From assembly GCA_028023455.1 (NCBI GenBank), contig JAQFVV010000005.1, forward strand, positions 11,408,001 through 11,472,000: DNA of 64,000 nucleotides, written 5' to 3'. This document shows positions 60,707-64,000 of this stretch, one piece after another (the stretch's first letter is position 1; the number at the start of each line of letters is the position of its first letter). Both the position numbers and the translations under genes were made by a program. The notes beneath the pieces are model-generated. The model was not told the origin of the DNA. It worked only from the letters and a program-made list of their open reading frames with translations, and made no database searches. This DNA comes from Epiperipatus broadwayi. Taxonomy: Eukaryota; Animalia; Onychophora.

Positions 60707-63700
60707 AGCAGTCTTACTCAACTTGTGGCCCGCGGGCTGCATACTGCTCACCAAGCTTTTACATTAGACCCTACAATTGACTGACAGTTAAAGAATAGAC
60801 GATACTAATCTATCTTTTTACGATGAGAGAAAAAAATTTTTGATTCTTCTTAATTAACAAGTAACCATTTGTGATTGATTTTTTTTTTTTACTGACACAT
60901 TAATAATGTTAGCTGTCTATTTTTAATTTCACAGATCTAAACAACTATGGGAGGAAGGGAAGAACCTGTCTTTATTGTTAATGATAAGCCACTTGTGTTT
61001 AATTTTGATTTTTTTTTATTGACGCCTAATAATATTAACTGTCAATATCCTGTCATAACTGCACCAAATGGTGTGTAAAATATGTTTTAAAATGGAATCT
61101 GGACTAGTTTATTATTTGAAGGCAAGGTGAGACATGATATGATTATCGTAAGTGATTTGAAAAACTTGTAATTGTTTTGTAATGTACTATTTTATATCAA
61201 ACTATACATTAAACATCCATAATGATGTCCTCAAACAAAAATTATCTGATGAACATCGAGTGTTTCAAGATAATTGGGAAGAGCAATATCTTGTTGTGTT
61301 AAATAACAAAGATTCGGCAATGTGTTTGATTTGTCAAGAAAGTATTATTTTAAAAAAATATAACATTGATTATCATTATACCATGAAACATAAATCATTT
61401 AATGATACTTTTTCTCATGGCTCTTTAATAAGAAGTGAAAAATTAGCTTTCTTCAAAAAATCATTGCAACATCAAAAAAGTTATGTCAGGGGCAACCTGC
61501 AACCATGACACGAGCATCATATGAAATTTGTTACATACTTGATAAAAATATGAAACCACTTATTGATACTTAAGTTGTGATAGAATGTTTCATAAATGCT
61601 TCCAATATATTATTTGATAAATTAAATAAAAATCAAATAATATTACAACTCTCAGATTTTTTCTGCAGTAGATGCATTGAAGATAATGAAAAACTGAGAA
61701 AGTCAAGGCATCGGAAACTGAGCCAACGAAATAAAATGGAAAACAAAGTTTTAACAAACCTGAGCAATTTGCAAGGGATGGTGGTGGATAGGCTCAGGAG
61801 ATGAGCAAGAAGGAATCATGCCAATTCTCATGCGGATTACACTACCCAAAAGAAAGCCAAGAAAGAAAATTAAAACTAATTCAGTAAAAGTGAATGATTG
61901 GGCTGAGAAAGACGGTCAACAAGCTGAATCACAAGAAACTTCCAGCTCTGAGCCCTCTGACACTGAGAGCGCTGAGGATACTGGCAAAGTCAAAATAACA
62001 GAGAAGAGAAAGACTCCTGCAAGATTTGAACGATGTAAACTAGGGGACAAGAGAGATTAACAAGCACTCCAAATAGAATTACAAGACGATTCAAGAAGGT
62101 CATTCTTAGGTGAATCTGACCCTAAATATGGGAAGCTATCAGTTTACTTCGATGAAAATAAAAAACTAATTGTCTCTGGCATGTATATAGCTAAGTGGGG
62201 GCAGAGCCGGGATGAAGTATGGCTTCAAGTCAACATCCCTAAATGAACACCAAATGAAGATATCATATGCGAGACTGGGCAAAAACATCTAAAGTGCACT
62301 CTAAAAGGAAAAGTTCTCATAGAAGGGACTATCTGCGATACAGTTAATGCTGATGAAATTAAATGGGGTACATTGGTTCAGGAGGAAGTACTTATTCTGT
62401 TAATAAGGATGAAGCCACATCACTATAAATGGCGAGAGCTATTTGCAAATAAACTTACAGTGAATGTGCTTGCTTATGAGCAAAGGAAATAAGAAAGACC
62501 AAAGGCATTTAATAAGTAACTGTTTACAATGAATGACCAAATTAAGGCATGAAGCCCAGCAAAGGTAGCATCTAGAAAATTCATTTAGTGTGCTTGGGAG
62601 CAAGGTAGAATTATCAGAGCTGAACTAATAATAGTGAAAACTCAGGTCTGTAAAGATGTAAAGACAGGGAATCATCATATGTAAAACAAAATTATAATAT
62701 AAATTAAGTTTTATATCTTGAAAAAAAAAACCCAAAACAATAACAATAGAAGATTTGAAAAATTGCAAATATTTTATGGCTGTTGATTCTAGCACTGGCA
62801 TTTCAGCAACATTATAATATGCCATTTTTGTCAGATATACTGAACAGAATTCAATTCATGAAGATTTTTTTGAAATTCCTTACTGTGAAGGACCAAACTA
62901 GCGGTAGTGATTTTCTTGATAATATTAGTACTATTCTGGAGAAAAATAATATTGAAATAAAGAAACTGGTTTCAATGTGCACTGATGGACATGCTTCAAT
63001 GATAGGATCTGAAAAGATATTTGTTTCCTTATTAAATAAGAAATACAATTTAACAAATCCCAGTATTTCACTTTTTAATTCACCAATAAAACTTGGGGGC
63101 TATATATGTCCATAAAAGAAGTAGATGCTGTGTTGAAAATCATCATAAACATTGTGAATTATATTCAGTCCCAAGAATTGAACCCTAGAAAATTAAAAAT
63201 CTTTTGGAAGAAATAAATAGTAATTATGGCAATGTATTTTTACCTATTTCGATGTAATGGCTAAGCAGAAGTAAAGTTTTAGATCACTTTTTTTTAATTG
63301 TGGCATGAAATTATGTTATTTTTACTAGAAAGTAATAAAGTCTATTTGACAAATTTGTTGAATTTAAAAATGACACAAATTTGAAGGTAATTTAAAAAAA
63401 AAAAAAAATGGAAGGGAAATAAATATATGGAAATTTGGAAATTAATGCCTGAAAAATATAAAACTGTCAAAAGATGTGCACAAATGTCGCTCACATTGTT
63501 CGCATCGATATATCTTTGTGAATCATCTTATTTGAAAATGAAATTACTGATTCATATCTTGATATATTAAGAGTAACATATAATACTTATAAACCTGATT
63601 TATCTAAAATTGTTAATAGTTTGTCTCAATATCAAAAATTGCATCAATATTTCTGACGTATTAAGATTTCAAATTTTATATATTTGAGTTTGCTAATTTA

Positions 63701-63926
63701 ATTAAATCATTTTCATTTTTTTTATCAATATTTATTGACTAAATTATTTAAATGTATTAAATTTAAGTTGGGTGTAGATAGCTGCATAGAAAATAAATAA
63801 TTGGATTGAGTAAAAGTTTTAGGTTTTATTAACCGATTAATTATAAGATATAGTACAATCTATGGCATATATGAATTCAGAAGTCAGATATTTTTTCACA
63901 TGACACCAACCAGTTGCCAACTGCTG
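60707..63926 (+). mobile_element. Decayed hAT DNA transposon (SPIN/GTF2IRD2-like transposase)
   Basis: ORF 61182-61508 has EHRVFQDNWEEQY..CLICQE..KKYNIDYHYTMKH (BED-like). YF.AVDSSTGIS..FVRY at ~62770-62840 and VSMCTDGHASMIG at ~62970. TIR-like ends AGCAGTCTTACTCAACTTGTGGCCCGCGGGC and CAGTTGCCAACTGCT. Confidence 0.85.
61690..62730 (+). pseudogene. Intronless, A-tailed copy of a gene encoding a low-complexity N-terminus and a NudC-family CS (p23-like) domain, inserted in the hAT transposase
   Basis: The frame of ORF 61818-62060 continues through stops into KWGQSRDEVWLQVNIPK*TPNEDIICETGQKHLKCTLKGKVLIEGTICDTVNADEIKW..ILLIRMKP..WRELF (62193-62444). An A10 run lies at 62721-62730. Confidence 0.72.
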
Positions 63927-64000
63927 GCATGCTTGATATACCAACAAACACATGTGACCCAGACAAAAAAAAAAGGTTGAGTAAAAAAAGAAAAGTTAAA

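Noticed and set aside
62244-62246. In-frame TGA in the CS domain as selenocysteine
   Set aside because: Not a Cys-type position, TAA stops occur in the same frame, and no SECIS is seen; CGA>TGA decay is simpler.
61679-62765. GAAGAT..TGAAAAA.TG on both sides of the retrocopy as a TSD
   Set aside because: Imperfect, and explainable as two IED-coding segments of the transposase, so not claimed as a TSD.

Overview
AT-rich animal (invertebrate-like) genomic window dominated by decayed transposons around one intact host gene, a 797-aa C2H2 zinc-finger array (8779-11172). Mobile DNA includes four distinct Penelope-like elements (PLEs) with C-terminal GIY-YIG endonuclease, three further fold-back insertions, three RTE-clade LINE remnants, four co-oriented Gypsy (Mag-like) remnants plus one gag-protease fragment, a tRNA-derived SINE-like insert with TSD, and a hAT transposon interrupted by an intronless, A-tailed copy of a NudC-type CS-domain gene. 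Main finding: all four coding PLE families carry in their 3' UTR the same motif, GCY-AUGAnUm-U-[stem II]-GAAA-GCRC-UY-RGC (7 copies, 6 with the GAAA intact). It folds as a minimal, probably dimeric, hammerhead ribozyme in which the core pair C3-G8 is replaced by A3-U8. A canonical CUGAAGA minimal hammerhead with the same geometry in a fifth fold-back element serves as an internal control. All calls come from reading the sequence; no searches or folding programs were run, and boundaries of decayed elements are approximate.
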